NCBI GenBank assembly: GCA_044347345.1
Contig: JBIKUX010000004.1
Coordinates: 32,001-96,000 of the forward strand
Direction: 5' to 3'
DNA length: 64,000 nucleotides
Source: Bdellovibrionota bacterium
GTDB taxonomy: Bacteria > Bdellovibrionota_C > UBA2361 > JBIKUX01
Below, piece after piece: positions 38,410 to 50,812 of this stretch. The position numbers were made by a program, and so were the translations under genes. The first letter of the stretch is position 1. Each line of letters begins with the position of its first letter. Under the pieces are notes generated by a model. The model did no database searches, was not told the origin of the DNA, and saw only the letters and a program-made list of their open reading frames with translations.

Positions 38410-39108
38410 ATGGCAAAAACAGGAAAACGCTTCGCGTCAGCACAAAAACTAGTTGTTGCTGGAAAAGCCTATTCGCTAGAAGAGGGCTGTGAATTAGTGA
38501 GTCAGCTTGGTACAGCAAAGTTTGATGAGACCGTCGAGGCTGCAATCCGGCTAGGTGTAGATCCTCGTAAAGCGGATCAAAACGTGCGAGGTAGTGTAGG
38601 CTTGCCACACGGTCTTGGTAAGACTGTGAGGGTTGCTGTATTTGCTAAGGGCGATAAAGCTCAAGAAGCAGAGGCTGCCGGCGCAGACATCGTGGGGGGG
38701 GATGACTTGGTGGAGCGTATCAAGGGAGGCTTCTCAGAGTTTGATAGTGTTATTGCTACACCTGATATGATGGTACAAGTAGGTAAGGTTGGCCGCATTT
38801 TGGGTCCGCGCGGTTTGATGCCTTCACCTAAAGTGGGCACAGTGACTTTTGAGGTCGGAGAGACTGTAAAAGCAGTGAAAGCTGGTCGCGTTGAATACAA
38901 GGTTGACAAAGCAGGTATAGTTCACGCTCCGATAGGTAAAGTATCCTTTGGTTCTGATAAAATAAGAGAAAATTTTATTGCTCTATTACAAGCTCTTTCG
39001 AGGGCTAAGCCGTCAACAAGTAAGGGAATATACTTTCGGTCGTTATCTCTGTCTCCAACGATGGGTCCAGGGGTGATAATTGACTCGGGTGTCACAAGGG
39101 CTATTTAA
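38410..39108 (+). CDS. rplA: 50S protein L1
   Basis: [27 protein letters not shown]. Confidence 0.98.
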   Translation: MAKTGKRFASAQKLVVAGKAYSLEEGCELVSQLGTAKFDETVEAAIRLGVDPRKADQNVRGSVGLPHGLGKTVRVAVFAKGDKAQEAEAAGADIVGGDDLVERIKGGFSEFDSVIATPDMMVQVGKVGRILGPRGLMPSPKVGTVTFEVGETVKAVKAGRVEYKVDKAGIVHAPIGKVSFGSDKIRENFIALLQALSRAKPSTSKGIYFRSLSLSPTMGPGVIIDSGVTRAI

Positions 39109-39162
39109 TTTTAGTTAGGTAGTTCTGGTAAATATTTTTCAGAGTAGATGGCGGGGTAAGTA

Positions 39163-39708
39163 ATGGAAAAACACGAAAAAGTTTCTCTCGTAAATTCATT
39201 AAAAAGTTCATTGAAGACAGCGCAGATAGCCGTTTGCGCCGATTTTCGTGGATTAACTGTAGCTGAAGCTACCGCTTTCCGGCGTGAACTAAGAGGCGTT
39301 GGGGCGACTGCTCTTGTTGTTAAAAATACCTTAGCCAAACTGGCTTCTCAGCAAGCATTTGAAGATGGCAGTGACAGTGAAGTCGATAAGTTTATACACT
39401 CCTTTAACGGGCAATCGTTGGTTGTATATTCAGCTATTGATCCAGTTTCACCGGCTAAGATTTTAGCAAAGTATGGTGGAGAAAAAGGTAAAATCGCTGT
39501 TAAGGGAGCGATGCTTGAAGGACGTTTTCTCGATGCTAAGGGTATTGATGCAGTTTCTAAGTTACCTGGTCGGGAAGAATTGCTGGTTCAGTTGCTTAGA
39601 TTGATGAATACACCAGCCACCAGAATAGTACGTCTTCTTTCTGCACCAAGCACAAAAGTGGTTAGAGTTATTAACGCTCAGAAAGAAAAATTGGCAGAAG
39701 CAGCGTAA
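39163..39708 (+). CDS. rplJ: 50S protein L10
   Basis: DFRGLTV, VVKNTL, LPGREEL. Confidence 0.96.
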   Translation: MEKHEKVSLVNSLKSSLKTAQIAVCADFRGLTVAEATAFRRELRGVGATALVVKNTLAKLASQQAFEDGSDSEVDKFIHSFNGQSLVVYSAIDPVSPAKILAKYGGEKGKIAVKGAMLEGRFLDAKGIDAVSKLPGREELLVQLLRLMNTPATRIVRLLSAPSTKVVRVINAQKEKLAEAA

Positions 39709-39951
39709 TATTGGTAAGGGTGTATGTTTGTTTAGCGAAATGCTTGCCTTCGTTTAAATGGTGTGATAGCTCAACAAGCTCACAGTGAAAAAAGTATTAG
39801 GGCTTTCCTCTTGTGGTCTAATACAAAAAAAGGCTACCCCTTCAGAATTTGGCTCTCTGAAGAGAAGCTATTAAGCCGGTGTGAAAAAATAGAAATCTTA
39901 GCATTGATTACTAATAAAATATAAAAAGTTTTGTTCAGGAAAGGAGAAGAA

Positions 39952-40338
39952 ATGAGCGACGTAGTAACAATTGAGCAGGTTAAATCATTTATAAAAAACA
40001 TGTCGCTTATGGAAGCGGCTAAACTAGTAAAGGATCTTGAGGAAGAATTAGGAGTGAAAGCAGACGCTCCAGCTGCTATGGTGATAGCTGGTGGGGCAGG
40101 TGCTGGGGCAGCTCCTGTTGAAGAAAAGACTGAATTTGCAGTTCATTTGGAAGATGCCGGTGCTGAGCGGGTAAAAGTTATTAAGGTAGTACGGGAATTA
40201 ACTGGTCTAGGGCTTAAAGAAGCAAAAGATCTTGTGGAAGCAGCACCAAAAGCTGTTAAGGAAGCTCTTCCAAAAGCAGATGCTGAAGCTGCCAAGAAAA
40301 AACTTGAAGAGGCTGGAGCTAAGGCCAGTATCAAGTAG
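39952..40338 (+). CDS. rplL: 50S protein L7/L12
   Basis: [32 protein letters not shown] before ATG 39952. Confidence 0.98.
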   Translation: MSDVVTIEQVKSFIKNMSLMEAAKLVKDLEEELGVKADAPAAMVIAGGAGAGAAPVEEKTEFAVHLEDAGAERVKVIKVVRELTGLGLKEAKDLVEAAPKAVKEALPKADAEAAKKKLEEAGAKASIK

Positions 40339-40378
40339 TGTAATCTTTACTGCTGTTAATTTTAGCCAACAGTCTGTA

Positions 40379-40420
40379 ATACCGTACTCTTGCGTCATAA
40401 GTTGTTGCAGGGTACGGTAT
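40379..40420 (+). terminator. Strong hairpin between rplL and rpoB (attenuator or processing-site candidate)
   Basis: ATACCGTAC...GTACGGTAT perfect 9-bp stem, extended by TGC/GCA; no clear U-tract. Confidence 0.45.
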
Positions 40421-40632
40421 AAACAGTTGTCAAATCAGTAAATTCACAAAAGCTTCAGATCAGCATAACTTTTTGAAGGCCTTAATTCGAATTTACTGTT
40501 AACACTGATTGAAAAGCAGAAAAAATTCTCGTCAGTGAACAAAAGTAAAGTAATGTTGATAAACTCACTTACTACTAATTGTTTCTCTGGCAAAGACAAA
40601 GCGCCACATATAAAATTTACACATAAGTAATA

Positions 40633-43600
40633 GTGGGTATGAAAGATTCTCTGAAGACTAATGTCCGGCTCCGTCGCAGTCACTCGAAGATTGAAGAAGT
40701 AGTCCAAGTTCCAGACTTGATTCAAATTCAAAAACAATCATATGAGAGATTTTTACAAGTTGGGGTACCTCCGGAAAAAAGGGAGGATATAGGACTGCAG
40801 AAAGTTTTCAAATCTGTGTTTCCTATCAGAGATTATAATAATACTGCTTCATTGGAGTTTGTATCTTATTCTCTTGGAACCCCGAAATATGATGTAGAGG
40901 AGTGTCGCGATAGAGGAATGACCTGGGCGGCTCCCCTTCGTGTAACTATCCAACTTATTCTCTGGGATATAGATGCAGAAACAGGAAGTCGGACTTTAAG
41001 CGCGCTGAAGGAGGATGTTGTCTACTTTGGTGAAATTCCTCTTATGACAGAGCGAGGTACCTTTATGGTAAATGGTACCGAGCGAGTTATAGTAAGTCAG
41101 CTTCATCGGTCTCCAGGGGTGTTCTTTGATCACGACGGTGGGAAGAGTCATATTTCAGGCAAATTACTATATTCTGCAAGGATAATTCCGTACCGAGGTT
41201 CATGGATAGATTTTGAATTTGATATAAAAGATCTATTGTTTGTACGAATTGATAGACGTCGCAAGTTAAACGCATCTGTTCTGCTGCGTGCTCTTGGTAT
41301 GTGTGAGGACGAGATTTTAAGTACATACCACAAAACAGATGAAATAAAATTTAGCAAGCGAGGGATAGTTACAAAAGTATTTAAGGCTAGTCAACTTGAG
41401 GGTCAAAAATCATTTCGAGAAATTAAGTCCGACAGCAAGGTGATTGTAAGGCAGGGGGGCAAGTTTAACAGGGCGGTAATCCGTAGATTAAAGGAAGCGG
41501 ATATAAGTGAGATCGAAATAGATCCGGATTCAGTTTCAGGAATGGTAAGTGCGCATACTATTCTTCATGTTGAAGAAGAGGTAGTAAATCGAAAGACTGG
41601 TGAGGTTTTAGCTGAGCAGGGCGAAGTTATTATTGGTTGGGAATCGATTAAAGAAAGATTCAAGTCTTTAGCAGAGTTATTAAATGAGGCCGATGCGCGT
41701 GTTGAGCTAAACAAGGCCCGTATAATAATCAACGCTGGTGAAGAGCTTGTTCCTGACAAAATAAATCAAAAAGAAGAGATTGTTGAAGAGGGTACAGTTT
41801 CCGCTCTCAAGAGGATTGGTATAGAGTCGATTGAGGTTTTATTCCTCGATGACCATCATATAGGTGACTCTCTGCTTAGGACACTTTGGTCTGATAAAAT
41901 GACCAATGACGTAAATGATCTATATGCAAGATTAACTGGCCAAGCTTGTGAGGATAGTTTAATTGAGATATACAGGCGTCTTCGTCCTGGAGATCCTCCA
42001 AGACCAGAGACTGCAACATCCACTTTTAAGAACTTGTTTTTTAACTCTGATAGATATGATCTATCAGATATTGGTCGTTATAAGATTAATCACAAGCTCT
42101 TTATATCTCAGGGACGAGAAGCTCCACCTTTGGATCAAGGAACCCTATCTATCGAAGATATTAAAGAAACAGTCCGTTATCTATTGGAATTGAGAAATTC
42201 TAATGATCCAATCCGCCACTCTGTGGATGATATCGACCATTTGGGAAATAGACGAATACGCTCAGTTGGTGAGTTAGTCGAAAATCAATTTCGAATTGGA
42301 CTGGTTCGTATGGAGCGTGCGGTCAAGGAACGCATGGGCATGCAAGATATAGACACTCTGGTTCCACAGGATCTTATTAATTACAAACCTGTTGCTGCAG
42401 TTGTTAAGGAGTTTTTTGGGTCATCTCAGTTATCTCAATTTATGGATCAAACAAATCCTCTATCAGAGGTAACTCACAAGCGACGTTTATCAGCTCTCGG
42501 GCCAGGTGGATTAACTAGAGACAGAGCTGGATTCGAAGTTAGGGATGTAAACCCTACTCATTACGGTCGGATTTGTCCAATAGAAACACCAGAGGGGCCA
42601 AATATTGGTTTGATAGCTTCACTTGCAGTTTACGCTAGAGTAAATGAATTTGGTTTTATTGAAACCCCATATAGAGTAGTTGATAGTACAAATGCTGTTA
42701 GTTCAGATATTGTTTACTTGTCAGCACTTGAGGAGGAACGTGAAACAATAGCACAGGCTAGCGCGCCACTTAATGACGGGGGAAAATTCGCAGAACAATT
42801 AGTTTCATCACGACGGAATGGTGAATATGTTCTTTCTCCTTCTGATGATGTAACTAAGATGGATGTTAGTCCCCGTCAAATCGTGAGCGTCGCTGCATCT
42901 CTTATTCCATTTTTAGAAAATGATGATGCAAACAGGGCACTCATGGGTTCTAATATGCAGCGTCAGGCTGTACCCTGTTTAAAAGCACAGGCGCCCCTTG
43001 TAGGAACTGGAATCGAAAGAATAGTTGCGCGTGATTCAGGGGCAACAAAAGTTGCTCGTCGTTCCGGAAAGGTAGTATCGGTAGACTCCGAAAGAATCGT
43101 AGTAAAAGCTGACCAGATTAGTGATGACCAACTAGATACAGGGGTTGATATTTACAAGCTTGTAAAATATCGACGCTCTAATCAAAATACCTGCCTAAAT
43201 CAGCGTCCAATCGTGAGAGCCGGTGAAGAGGTAGCTGCTGGTGAGGTAATAGCAGACGGTCCAAGCACTGATATGGCAGAACTCGGGCTAGGCCAGAACG
43301 TAGTCGTAGCGTTTATGCCATGGGGTGGCTATAACTTCGAAGATTCAATCCTTATAAATGAAAAATGTGTTGAGAAGGATATTTTCACCTCTATCCATAT
43401 TGAAGAATTCGAATGTATAGCTCGAGATACAAAGTTAGGGAAGGAAGAGATAACCAGAGATATTCCGAATGTCGGAGAGGAAGCCTTAAAAAATCTAGAT
43501 GATTCAGGCATTATTTGTGTCGGTGCTGAAGTCAAGCCCGGTGATATTTTAGTTGGTAAAATAACTCCAAAGAGTGAGACTCAGCTGAGCCCTGAAGAAA

Positions 43601-45093
43601 AATTACTACGGGCTATATTTGGTGAAAAGGCTGGTGAAGTTAGGGATACAAGTTTGAAGCTGCCACCCGGAGTGGAAGGGACGGTAATTTCCGCTCAGGT
43701 ATTTACTCGAAAAGGAATCGAAAAGGATGAGCGTACCCTAGGTATAGAAAGGCGAGAGGTGGCTCGGTTAGAGCAAGACCAAAGAGATGAAATTAAAATT
43801 ATAATAGATGCCGCATTCTCTGAAATTAGGGATATTCTTTTAGGTCAAGTTACTACTGGTCGTCTTGTTGATGACAGAAGAGAAGAGTTGCTTCCTAAGG
43901 GTGTCCAGTTGACAGTAGACCATCTCAAAGAAATCCCTTTTGAGTATTTACGAGATATTCAAATTGGTGATGAGCTCGGTCAGGAACGAGTTAATCGTAT
44001 AGTAGTTAGTACCGGACAATTAATTAACAGTAAAAGGGCTGTGCTTTCTGAAAAGATAGCTCGACTTCAGGAGGGTGATGAATTAGCTCCTGGAGTTATA
44101 AAGTTGGTGAAGGTATTTATTGCGATTAAGCGTAAGCTACAAGTAGGTGATAAGTTGGCAGGCCGCCACGGAAATAAAGGTGTCCTCTCAAGGGTCTTAC
44201 CTCAGGAGGATATGCCTTATCTTGCAGATGGTACACCTGTCGATATTGTACTTAATCCCCTAGGTGTTCCTTCTCGTATGAATGTTGGCCAGATTTTAGA
44301 GACTCATCTTGGCCTCGCTTCTTGGGAATTAGGTAGAAAATTAAGAGATCAACTTGAACCTCTTATTGATGTAGCTACAGGATTGGAGCGTTCAGATGTT
44401 TCTGATGAAAATAAAAAACGAGGAATTGGGTCTGTACGGGAGCTTTTAGAGAAAGTTTTTGGCACACGAACAGAGGGAAAATTTATCAGGTCGCTATCAG
44501 ATAAGTCAGTCCTTGAGTTTGCAAGACGTTCAATTGGAGGTATTCACTTTGCTAGTCCGGTTTTTGACGCGACGAATGAAGATGAAATAGAACAACTATT
44601 AAAAGTTTCTGGTTTGGATGGTACAGGCCAGATTCAGTTGTATGATGGGCGCACTGGAGAACCTTTTAGTGAGAAGGTTACAGTAGGTGTCATGTATATG
44701 CTCAAACTTGATCACCTAGTTGATGATAAAATTCATGCTAGATCTACTGGGCCATATTCTTTAGTTACCCAGCAGCCTCTTGGTGGTAAAGCTCAGTTTG
44801 GTGGACAACGTCTAGGAGAGATGGAAGTATGGGCTCTTGAAGCTTATGGAGCCGCCTATACTCTTCAGGAGTTTTTGACCGTTAAATCTGATGATGTGAC
44901 TGGGCGTACTAGAATGTACGAGTCAATTGTCAAGGGTGAGCATGTTCTTGAACCAGGTTTGCCGGAATCATTCAATGTAATGATGAAGGAGTTACAATCT
45001 TTGGGACTAGATGTTGAACTAATCGAAGAGGCAAGTCAGGAGGGCGTTGAAAATTCTGACACTGAATTTGGTATGGGGAGCCAAGCAGCATAG
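40633..45093 (+). CDS. rpoB: RNA polymerase beta subunit
   Basis: [37 protein letters not shown]; start GTG 40633 or ATG 40639. Confidence 0.99.
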   Translation: MGMKDSLKTNVRLRRSHSKIEEVVQVPDLIQIQKQSYERFLQVGVPPEKREDIGLQKVFKSVFPIRDYNNTASLEFVSYSLGTPKYDVEECRDRGMTWAAPLRVTIQLILWDIDAETGSRTLSALKEDVVYFGEIPLMTERGTFMVNGTERVIVSQLHRSPGVFFDHDGGKSHISGKLLYSARIIPYRGSWIDFEFDIKDLLFVRIDRRRKLNASVLLRALGMCEDEILSTYHKTDEIKFSKRGIVTKVFKASQLEGQKSFREIKSDSKVIVRQGGKFNRAVIRRLKEADISEIEIDPDSVSGMVSAHTILHVEEEVVNRKTGEVLAEQGEVIIGWESIKERFKSLAELLNEADARVELNKARIIINAGEELVPDKINQKEEIVEEGTVSALKRIGIESIEVLFLDDHHIGDSLLRTLWSDKMTNDVNDLYARLTGQACEDSLIEIYRRLRPGDPPRPETATSTFKNLFFNSDRYDLSDIGRYKINHKLFISQGREAPPLDQGTLSIEDIKETVRYLLELRNSNDPIRHSVDDIDHLGNRRIRSVGELVENQFRIGLVRMERAVKERMGMQDIDTLVPQDLINYKPVAAVVKEFFGSSQLSQFMDQTNPLSEVTHKRRLSALGPGGLTRDRAGFEVRDVNPTHYGRICPIETPEGPNIGLIASLAVYARVNEFGFIETPYRVVDSTNAVSSDIVYLSALEEERETIAQASAPLNDGGKFAEQLVSSRRNGEYVLSPSDDVTKMDVSPRQIVSVAASLIPFLENDDANRALMGSNMQRQAVPCLKAQAPLVGTGIERIVARDSGATKVARRSGKVVSVDSERIVVKADQISDDQLDTGVDIYKLVKYRRSNQNTCLNQRPIVRAGEEVAAGEVIADGPSTDMAELGLGQNVVVAFMPWGGYNFEDSILINEKCVEKDIFTSIHIEEFECIARDTKLGKEEITRDIPNVGEEALKNLDDSGIICVGAEVKPGDILVGKITPKSETQLSPEEKLLRAIFGEKAGEVRDTSLKLPPGVEGTVISAQVFTRKGIEKDERTLGIERREVARLEQDQRDEIKIIIDAAFSEIRDILLGQVTTGRLVDDRREELLPKGVQLTVDHLKEIPFEYLRDIQIGDELGQERVNRIVVSTGQLINSKRAVLSEKIARLQEGDELAPGVIKLVKVFIAIKRKLQVGDKLAGRHGNKGVLSRVLPQEDMPYLADGTPVDIVLNPLGVPSRMNVGQILETHLGLASWELGRKLRDQLEPLIDVATGLERSDVSDENKKRGIGSVRELLEKVFGTRTEGKFIRSLSDKSVLEFARRSIGGIHFASPVFDATNEDEIEQLLKVSGLDGTGQIQLYDGRTGEPFSEKVTVGVMYMLKLDHLVDDKIHARSTGPYSLVTQQPLGGKAQFGGQRLGEMEVWALEAYGAAYTLQEFLTVKSDDVTGRTRMYESIVKGEHVLEPGLPESFNVMMKELQSLGLDVELIEEASQEGVENSDTEFGMGSQAA

Positions 45094-45745
45094 AGTGAAA
45101 TAGACTAAAAGTTAAAACTTTTATTTTCTAAATTGTTTTTATGCCTGTATCGTTGACTTATAATGAAAATGTCGGTATTACAGCACGACAATATTCGGAC
45201 AAAGAATAAGGGGTGCAATGGCTTAGTCAACACCCTTCAAAATGTCTAATTAAAAAGCTTAAGCATAATAGCAAAAGCAGTTTTATCGAGAAGTTTCAAA
45301 GATTACGAATCCAGCTTGGACTCGTACTTGTAAAAAATGTTGCTCAAAAAAAGCAAAGAGATATACGCTAACTTTTTTAAAAGCAAATTTCTTCAAAAGA
45401 TAAAATTAAAAAGATAAAAAGTGATAAATGAAATCCAGTTAGAGGTAAACCTCAACTGCACATGTAATCAATTTATTATCAAGCGAAGTATTTGAAATTC
45501 GCAAGTTTCAAAAAGGTACGGTTATAACGACCAAACCGAAAGGAAACTGCTCAAAGAGTATTCAATAACAAAGTCTGACTTGAGTCTCAGTTCTTGTTAA
45601 GAAGCTCGAAGAAAAAAAGTTTCAAACATGGAGATGAACTTATATAGAGTTTAGGTTAACATCTAGCATCAACCAGAGAGCGTGTGGGTTAATCGCCGGA
45701 TTTTAAGATATTTAAGTTTAAGTATTTGGAGAGGCACCGAAAAAA

Positions 45746-46117
45746 ATGCCAACGATAAATCAACTTGTAAGAAAAGCAAGGTTAAAAAAGAAAGCTCGAA
45801 CAAAGTCTCCAGCTTTGGAAAGGTGTCCACAGAAAAGAGGCGTTTGTACAAGGGTATACACACAGACACCTAAGAAGCCCAACTCAGCCTTGAGAAAGGT
45901 AGCTCGTGTAAGGTTAACTACAGGTATGGAGGTTACTAGCTACATTCCAGGAGTTGGCCACAATCTTCAGGAACACTCAGTAGTGCTAATTCGAGGTGGA
46001 AGAGTAAAAGATTTGCCTGGGGTTAGATATCATATTATCCGAGGTAAGTTGGAAGCTCATGGGGTACAGGATAGACGGCAAGGTCGCTCTAAGTACGGTG
46101 CAAAACGTCCAAAATAG
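45746..46117 (+). CDS. rpsL: 30S protein S12
   Basis: [27 protein letters not shown]. Confidence 0.99.
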   Translation: MPTINQLVRKARLKKKARTKSPALERCPQKRGVCTRVYTQTPKKPNSALRKVARVRLTTGMEVTSYIPGVGHNLQEHSVVLIRGGRVKDLPGVRYHIIRGKLEAHGVQDRRQGRSKYGAKRPK

Positions 46118-46211
46118 TATTCAGTACATATAGCTTAATTCTGATTAAATAAATAAATGCAAAATAAAAAAGTTTAAATGGGAAAAGCTAAAGTTTAATC
46201 TCGGATAATTT

Positions 46212-46682
46212 ATGACACGCAGAAAAAAAGACTTTTCACGAGAACTATTACCAGATCCAAAATATGCGGATCTTACCATTACTAGATTGGTGAACACTCT
46301 AATGAAAGATGGTAAAAAGAGTGTTGTTGAGAAGGCGTGTTATGATGCCCTCGACATAATTACTGAACGAATGAAGTCAGATTCGTTGCAGATATTTAAG
46401 CAAGCAATCGACAATCTTAAGCCTATGGTAGAAGTGCGTAGTCGTCGAGTAGGTGGAGCTACATATCAAGTTCCAACAGAGGTCAGACCGAGAAGAGCTG
46501 AATCTCTTGCTATCAGATGGTTAGTCGATGCTGCAAATGGAAGAAGTGAGAGAGGCATAGCTTTGCGCCTCGCAGGAGAACTAATGGATGCTTCGTCAAA
46601 TAGAGGCGTCGCTATTAAAAAGCGTGAGGACACTCATAGAATGGCTGAGGCAAATAAAGCCTTCTCGCACTTTCGCTGGTAG
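46212..46682 (+). CDS. rpsG: 30S protein S7
   Basis: [24 protein letters not shown]. Confidence 0.99.
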   Translation: MTRRKKDFSRELLPDPKYADLTITRLVNTLMKDGKKSVVEKACYDALDIITERMKSDSLQIFKQAIDNLKPMVEVRSRRVGGATYQVPTEVRPRRAESLAIRWLVDAANGRSERGIALRLAGELMDASSNRGVAIKKREDTHRMAEANKAFSHFRW

Positions 46683-46748
46683 GAGGATTGCCTTCGGGTT
46701 TATAGGCAATTACTAAAAAATTTACGCTAAAAGAATATAATCCACGCA

Positions 46749-48842
46749 ATGTCAAAAAAAGATCTCTCTACAACTCGAAATATCGGTATAATGGCACATA
46801 TTGATGCCGGTAAAACAACCACAACCGAAAGAATTCTTTTTTATACTGGAATAAATTATAAGATAGGCGAAGTTCATGAAGGTGCTGCCACAATGGACTA
46901 TATGGAGTTGGAGCAAGAGCGAGGGATTACCATTACCTCTGCAGCAACTACCTGTGAATGGAAAGGTTCAGACGGTCAACGGATAGCTCATAAGATTAAT
47001 ATTATCGACACTCCTGGCCACGTTGATTTTACGATTGAAGTCGAGCGTAGCCTAAGGGTTTTAGATGGAGCAATTGCCGTTTTCGACGGAGTAAGTGGGG
47101 TTGAACCACAGTCTGAAACTGTATGGCGTCAGGCTAATAAGTTTAATGTGCCCAGATTCTGTTTTATCAACAAACTTGATAGGATGGGAGCAAATTTTGA
47201 GAAAGGGGTAGAATCAATTCGTAATAGGCTTCAAGCAAATGCTGTTCCCGTCCAATTGCCGATAGGAATAGAGAGTGATTTTATAGGTATAGTCGATTTA
47301 GTAGAGATGCAAGGGATCTACTATCTTGATGAGACTAAGGGTGCTCAGTTTGAAATCCGACCAATACCAGATGAACTTGTTGAGCCTGCAAAGAGAGCTA
47401 GAGAGAGCTTAATTGAGGCAGCTGCTGATTTTGATGAAGAGCTTCTGGAGCGTTATTTGGCTGGAAATGAGATTTCTCCAGCTGACCTAAGAGCGGCTAT
47501 TAGGAAGGGAACCTTGTCAATGAAGCTCTTTCCGGTTTTATGTGGAAGTGCTTTTAAAAATAAGGGCGTACAACCTTTATTGGATGCGGTTATCGATTAT
47601 CTTCCTTCACCACTCGATGTACCTCCTGTTGAAGGAGTAGACCCTTCATCTTCTGATGGGGCAATATTATCTCGCTCAGCAAACCCCAATGAACCGTTCT
47701 GTGCATTAGCTTTTAAAATTATATCGGATCCTTTTGTAGGAACACTGACCTTCTTTAGAGTTTATTCCGGAACAATAACTCCAGGTACAGCAGTGTACAA
47801 TGCGACACGAAGCGAAAAAGAAAGAATCGGTCGTATTGTAAAAATGCACGCTGATAAGAGAGAGGAAGTTAAGGAGATTTCTGCCGGCGACATTGGCGCT
47901 GCGGTCGGTCTTAAATCAACTATAACAGGCGATACGCTATGTGAGCCTGGTTCATTAATTGTACTCGAATCAATCAAAGCACCTGACCCGGTTATAAGCG
48001 TGGCTATTGAGCCTAAGACTAAGGCCGATGAAGAGAAGCTTGGTTTATCATTGATGAAGCTTGCAAAGGAAGATCCATCCTTAAGGGTAACATCTGACCC
48101 CGATACAAAACAGACTATCATCGCTGGAATGGGTGAGCTTCATTTAGATATTATTAAGTCACGACTTGAACGAGAATATGGCGTTCAAACAGATGTAGGT
48201 AAACCTCAAGTAGCTTATCGAGAAACTATTCTTGGTAAAGTTGAAAATGAAACTAAGTATGCTAAGCAGTCAGGTGGTAGAGGTCAGTTTGGTCATGTCT
48301 TTCTTCGTGTTGAGCCGCTTGAAAGAGGAGCCGGGGTTCAATTTGTTGATGAAATAAAAGGGGGAGTAATACCTAAAGAGTACGTTCCCGCAGTTGAAAA
48401 TGGCGTTCGGGAAGCATTGACTGGGGGTATTTTTGCAGGATATCCAGTTATAGACTTAAAAATTGCTTTATTTTATGGAAGCTTTCACGAAGTTGACTCT
48501 AGCGAAATAGCTTTTAAAATAGCTGGCTCGATGTGTGTAAAGGAAGCATGCAGAGAGGCCGGATTGCAACTTCTTGAGCCAATTATGGCGGTAGAAGTAG
48601 TCTGTCCTGATGATTTTATAAGCAATGTTGTTGGTGACTTGAATAGGAGGAGAGCTCGTATACAAGGAATGGAGCCAAGGGCGGGTGCACAAGCTGTAAA
48701 AGCTGAAGTTCCATTGTCGGAGATGTTTGGATATTCTACTGACTTACGTTCTGGTACGCAGGGTAGAGGTACGTTTTCTATGGAGTATGATCATTATGCG
48801 CCTGTACCTCAGCATATTGCTGAACAGATAGCTAAAAAGTAG
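46749..48842 (+). CDS. fusA: Elongation factor G
   Basis: [30 protein letters not shown]. Confidence 0.99.
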   Translation: MSKKDLSTTRNIGIMAHIDAGKTTTTERILFYTGINYKIGEVHEGAATMDYMELEQERGITITSAATTCEWKGSDGQRIAHKINIIDTPGHVDFTIEVERSLRVLDGAIAVFDGVSGVEPQSETVWRQANKFNVPRFCFINKLDRMGANFEKGVESIRNRLQANAVPVQLPIGIESDFIGIVDLVEMQGIYYLDETKGAQFEIRPIPDELVEPAKRARESLIEAAADFDEELLERYLAGNEISPADLRAAIRKGTLSMKLFPVLCGSAFKNKGVQPLLDAVIDYLPSPLDVPPVEGVDPSSSDGAILSRSANPNEPFCALAFKIISDPFVGTLTFFRVYSGTITPGTAVYNATRSEKERIGRIVKMHADKREEVKEISAGDIGAAVGLKSTITGDTLCEPGSLIVLESIKAPDPVISVAIEPKTKADEEKLGLSLMKLAKEDPSLRVTSDPDTKQTIIAGMGELHLDIIKSRLEREYGVQTDVGKPQVAYRETILGKVENETKYAKQSGGRGQFGHVFLRVEPLERGAGVQFVDEIKGGVIPKEYVPAVENGVREALTGGIFAGYPVIDLKIALFYGSFHEVDSSEIAFKIAGSMCVKEACREAGLQLLEPIMAVEVVCPDDFISNVVGDLNRRRARIQGMEPRAGAQAVKAEVPLSEMFGYSTDLRSGTQGRGTFSMEYDHYAPVPQHIAEQIAKK

Positions 48843-48987
48843 TTAAGTACAGTTAAAGTGTAGATCAGGATAAAGCTAATAGTGAAAAGATTATTTACAG
48901 AGTAGGTCGATAATAATTAGAAAAATTATATCGATATGTTTAATATTTAAATGGTTATACTAATAAAAGTAAAAACTGGAGCAAATA

Positions 48988-50184
48988 ATGGCAAAGGGTA
49001 AATTTGAACGTACAAAACCCCACGTAAATATAGGTACTATCGGTCACGTTGACCATGGTAAAACCACATTAACGGCGGCTTTAGTAAACACTCAGGCTGG
49101 ACGTTCTTTGGCAAAAGTAAAAAGCTATCAAGATATTGCCAAGGGGGGGACAGTAAGAGATGCAACTAAAACTGTAACCATTGCTTCAGCTCATGTTGAG
49201 TACGAGACAGCCAATCGTCACTACGCTCATGTTGACTGCCCAGGGCACGCAGATTATGTAAAAAATATGATTACTGGTGCAGCTCAAATGGACGGCGCTA
49301 TTCTTGTAGTCAGTGCGGCTGATGGTCCGATGCCTCAGACTCGAGAACATATATTACTCGCGCGTCAAGTGGGAGTTCCAAAGATTGTTGTTTTTTTGAA
49401 CAAAGTCGATGTCGTAAATGACCCTGAATTACTTGAACTTGTGGAAATGGAAGTCAGGGATCTTTTAAATCAATATGATTTTCCAGGTGATGATACTCCG
49501 ATAATACGCGGTAGCGCCCTTAAAGCACTTAACGGTGAAGATAGTGAAATAGGTATTGGCGCAATTGATAAGTTACTAGCAACTATTGACGAATATGTTC
49601 CTATCCCAGAAAGGGAGATTGATAAGGCTTTTTTGATGTCTGTTGAGGATGTATTTTCGATTGCAGGGCGTGGCACAGTAGCAACAGGTCGTGTAGAACG
49701 CGGGAGAGTGAAGGTTGGAGAGGAAGTAGCAATAGTAGGTCTTCGTCCAATTCAAAAGACTACCGTAACCGGTGTTGAGATGTTTAATAAACAACTCGAT
49801 GAGGGAGTAGCTGGTGACAACGTAGGTTGTTTGCTTAGGGGATTGAAGCGAGAAGATATCGAAAGAGGGCAGGTATTAGCCGCTCCAGGTAGTATAACTC
49901 CACACAAGAAATTTAAAGCTGAAGCTTATATCCTGAAGAAGGAGGAAGGTGGACGTCATAAGCCGTTTTTTGGTGGCTATCGTCCTCAGTTCTATTTCAG
50001 AACAACGGATGTGACTGGAGTAATTAAGCTACCTCAAGGCGTTGAGATGGCAATGCCAGGTGACCACATAAATTTGGATGTAGAGCTTTATACAGAAATA
50101 GCACTCGAGCGTGGAGTAAGGTTTGCTATCCGTGAAGGTGGAAGGACTGTTGGCTCTGGTGTCGTAACAGAAATTATCGAATAG
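48988..50184 (+). CDS. tuf: Elongation factor Tu (atypical switch I)
   Basis: [40 protein letters not shown]. Confidence 0.98.
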   Translation: MAKGKFERTKPHVNIGTIGHVDHGKTTLTAALVNTQAGRSLAKVKSYQDIAKGGTVRDATKTVTIASAHVEYETANRHYAHVDCPGHADYVKNMITGAAQMDGAILVVSAADGPMPQTREHILLARQVGVPKIVVFLNKVDVVNDPELLELVEMEVRDLLNQYDFPGDDTPIIRGSALKALNGEDSEIGIGAIDKLLATIDEYVPIPEREIDKAFLMSVEDVFSIAGRGTVATGRVERGRVKVGEEVAIVGLRPIQKTTVTGVEMFNKQLDEGVAGDNVGCLLRGLKREDIERGQVLAAPGSITPHKKFKAEAYILKKEEGGRHKPFFGGYRPQFYFRTTDVTGVIKLPQGVEMAMPGDHINLDVELYTEIALERGVRFAIREGGRTVGSGVVTEIIE

Positions 50185-50200
50185 GAAATAGCTTTTATAA

Positions 50201-50244
50201 TGACTGGCCTTGTAGTTAAGCTTATCTAACGAAAGGCCTAGTCA
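50201..50244 (+). terminator. Hairpin after tuf
   Basis: TGACT-GGCCTT...AAGGCC-T-AGTCA; no U-tract on +. Confidence 0.35.
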
Positions 50245-50432
50245 AAAGCAATTCAGATAATTTCTAGCTTAAAAGTATCGTTTGTTAAAGGCAAAAAGCA
50301 TTCAGTAAATAAAAAAGGGCTATATAATTTCATCACAAGTAATCTGCTTTAAAATTACTTATAAAGACCGATTATTTTGTTTGAAGGCAGTAGTTTCTTT
50401 GAAATAAATGCACAAATGGCAGTAGGTAAATA

Positions 50433-50747
50433 ATGGTAAGTGGCAATCTAATAAGGGTTCGGTTGAAAGGATACGACTATCGGCAGCTTGATAGTGCTGT
50501 AGCTGATATTGTGCAAACGGTTCGTCGTACAGGTGGAAGAGTAGCTGGCCCAATCCCACTGCCGACAAAGATTGTAAGATATACTGTAAACCGGAGCTCT
50601 TTTATTGATAAAAAGTCTCGAGAGCAGTTTCAGGTTTCTACCTATAAACGATTGATTGATATTTTGGAACCGACCCAGCAAACAATTGACGAATTAGGAA
50701 AGTTGGAACTGTCCACGGGCATCGGTGTAGAGATTAAATTAATGTAA
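50433..50747 (+). CDS. rpsJ: 30S protein S10
   Basis: [22 protein letters not shown]. Confidence 0.98.
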   Translation: MVSGNLIRVRLKGYDYRQLDSAVADIVQTVRRTGGRVAGPIPLPTKIVRYTVNRSSFIDKKSREQFQVSTYKRLIDILEPTQQTIDELGKLELSTGIGVEIKLM

Positions 50748-50812
50748 ATAGCAGCTTGTGAAATTAAGTAGCGACTCTAATAACTAACTAGGCAATAGTA
50801 ACGGCTCAAGAT

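Noticed and set aside
45669-45873. ORFs near rpsL as rpoC remnants
   Set aside because: They overlap rpsL and show no beta-prime motifs.
49141-49150. Frameshift error at the G7 run in tuf explaining the odd loop
   Set aside because: Frame is continuous and alternative frames do not restore the canonical loop.
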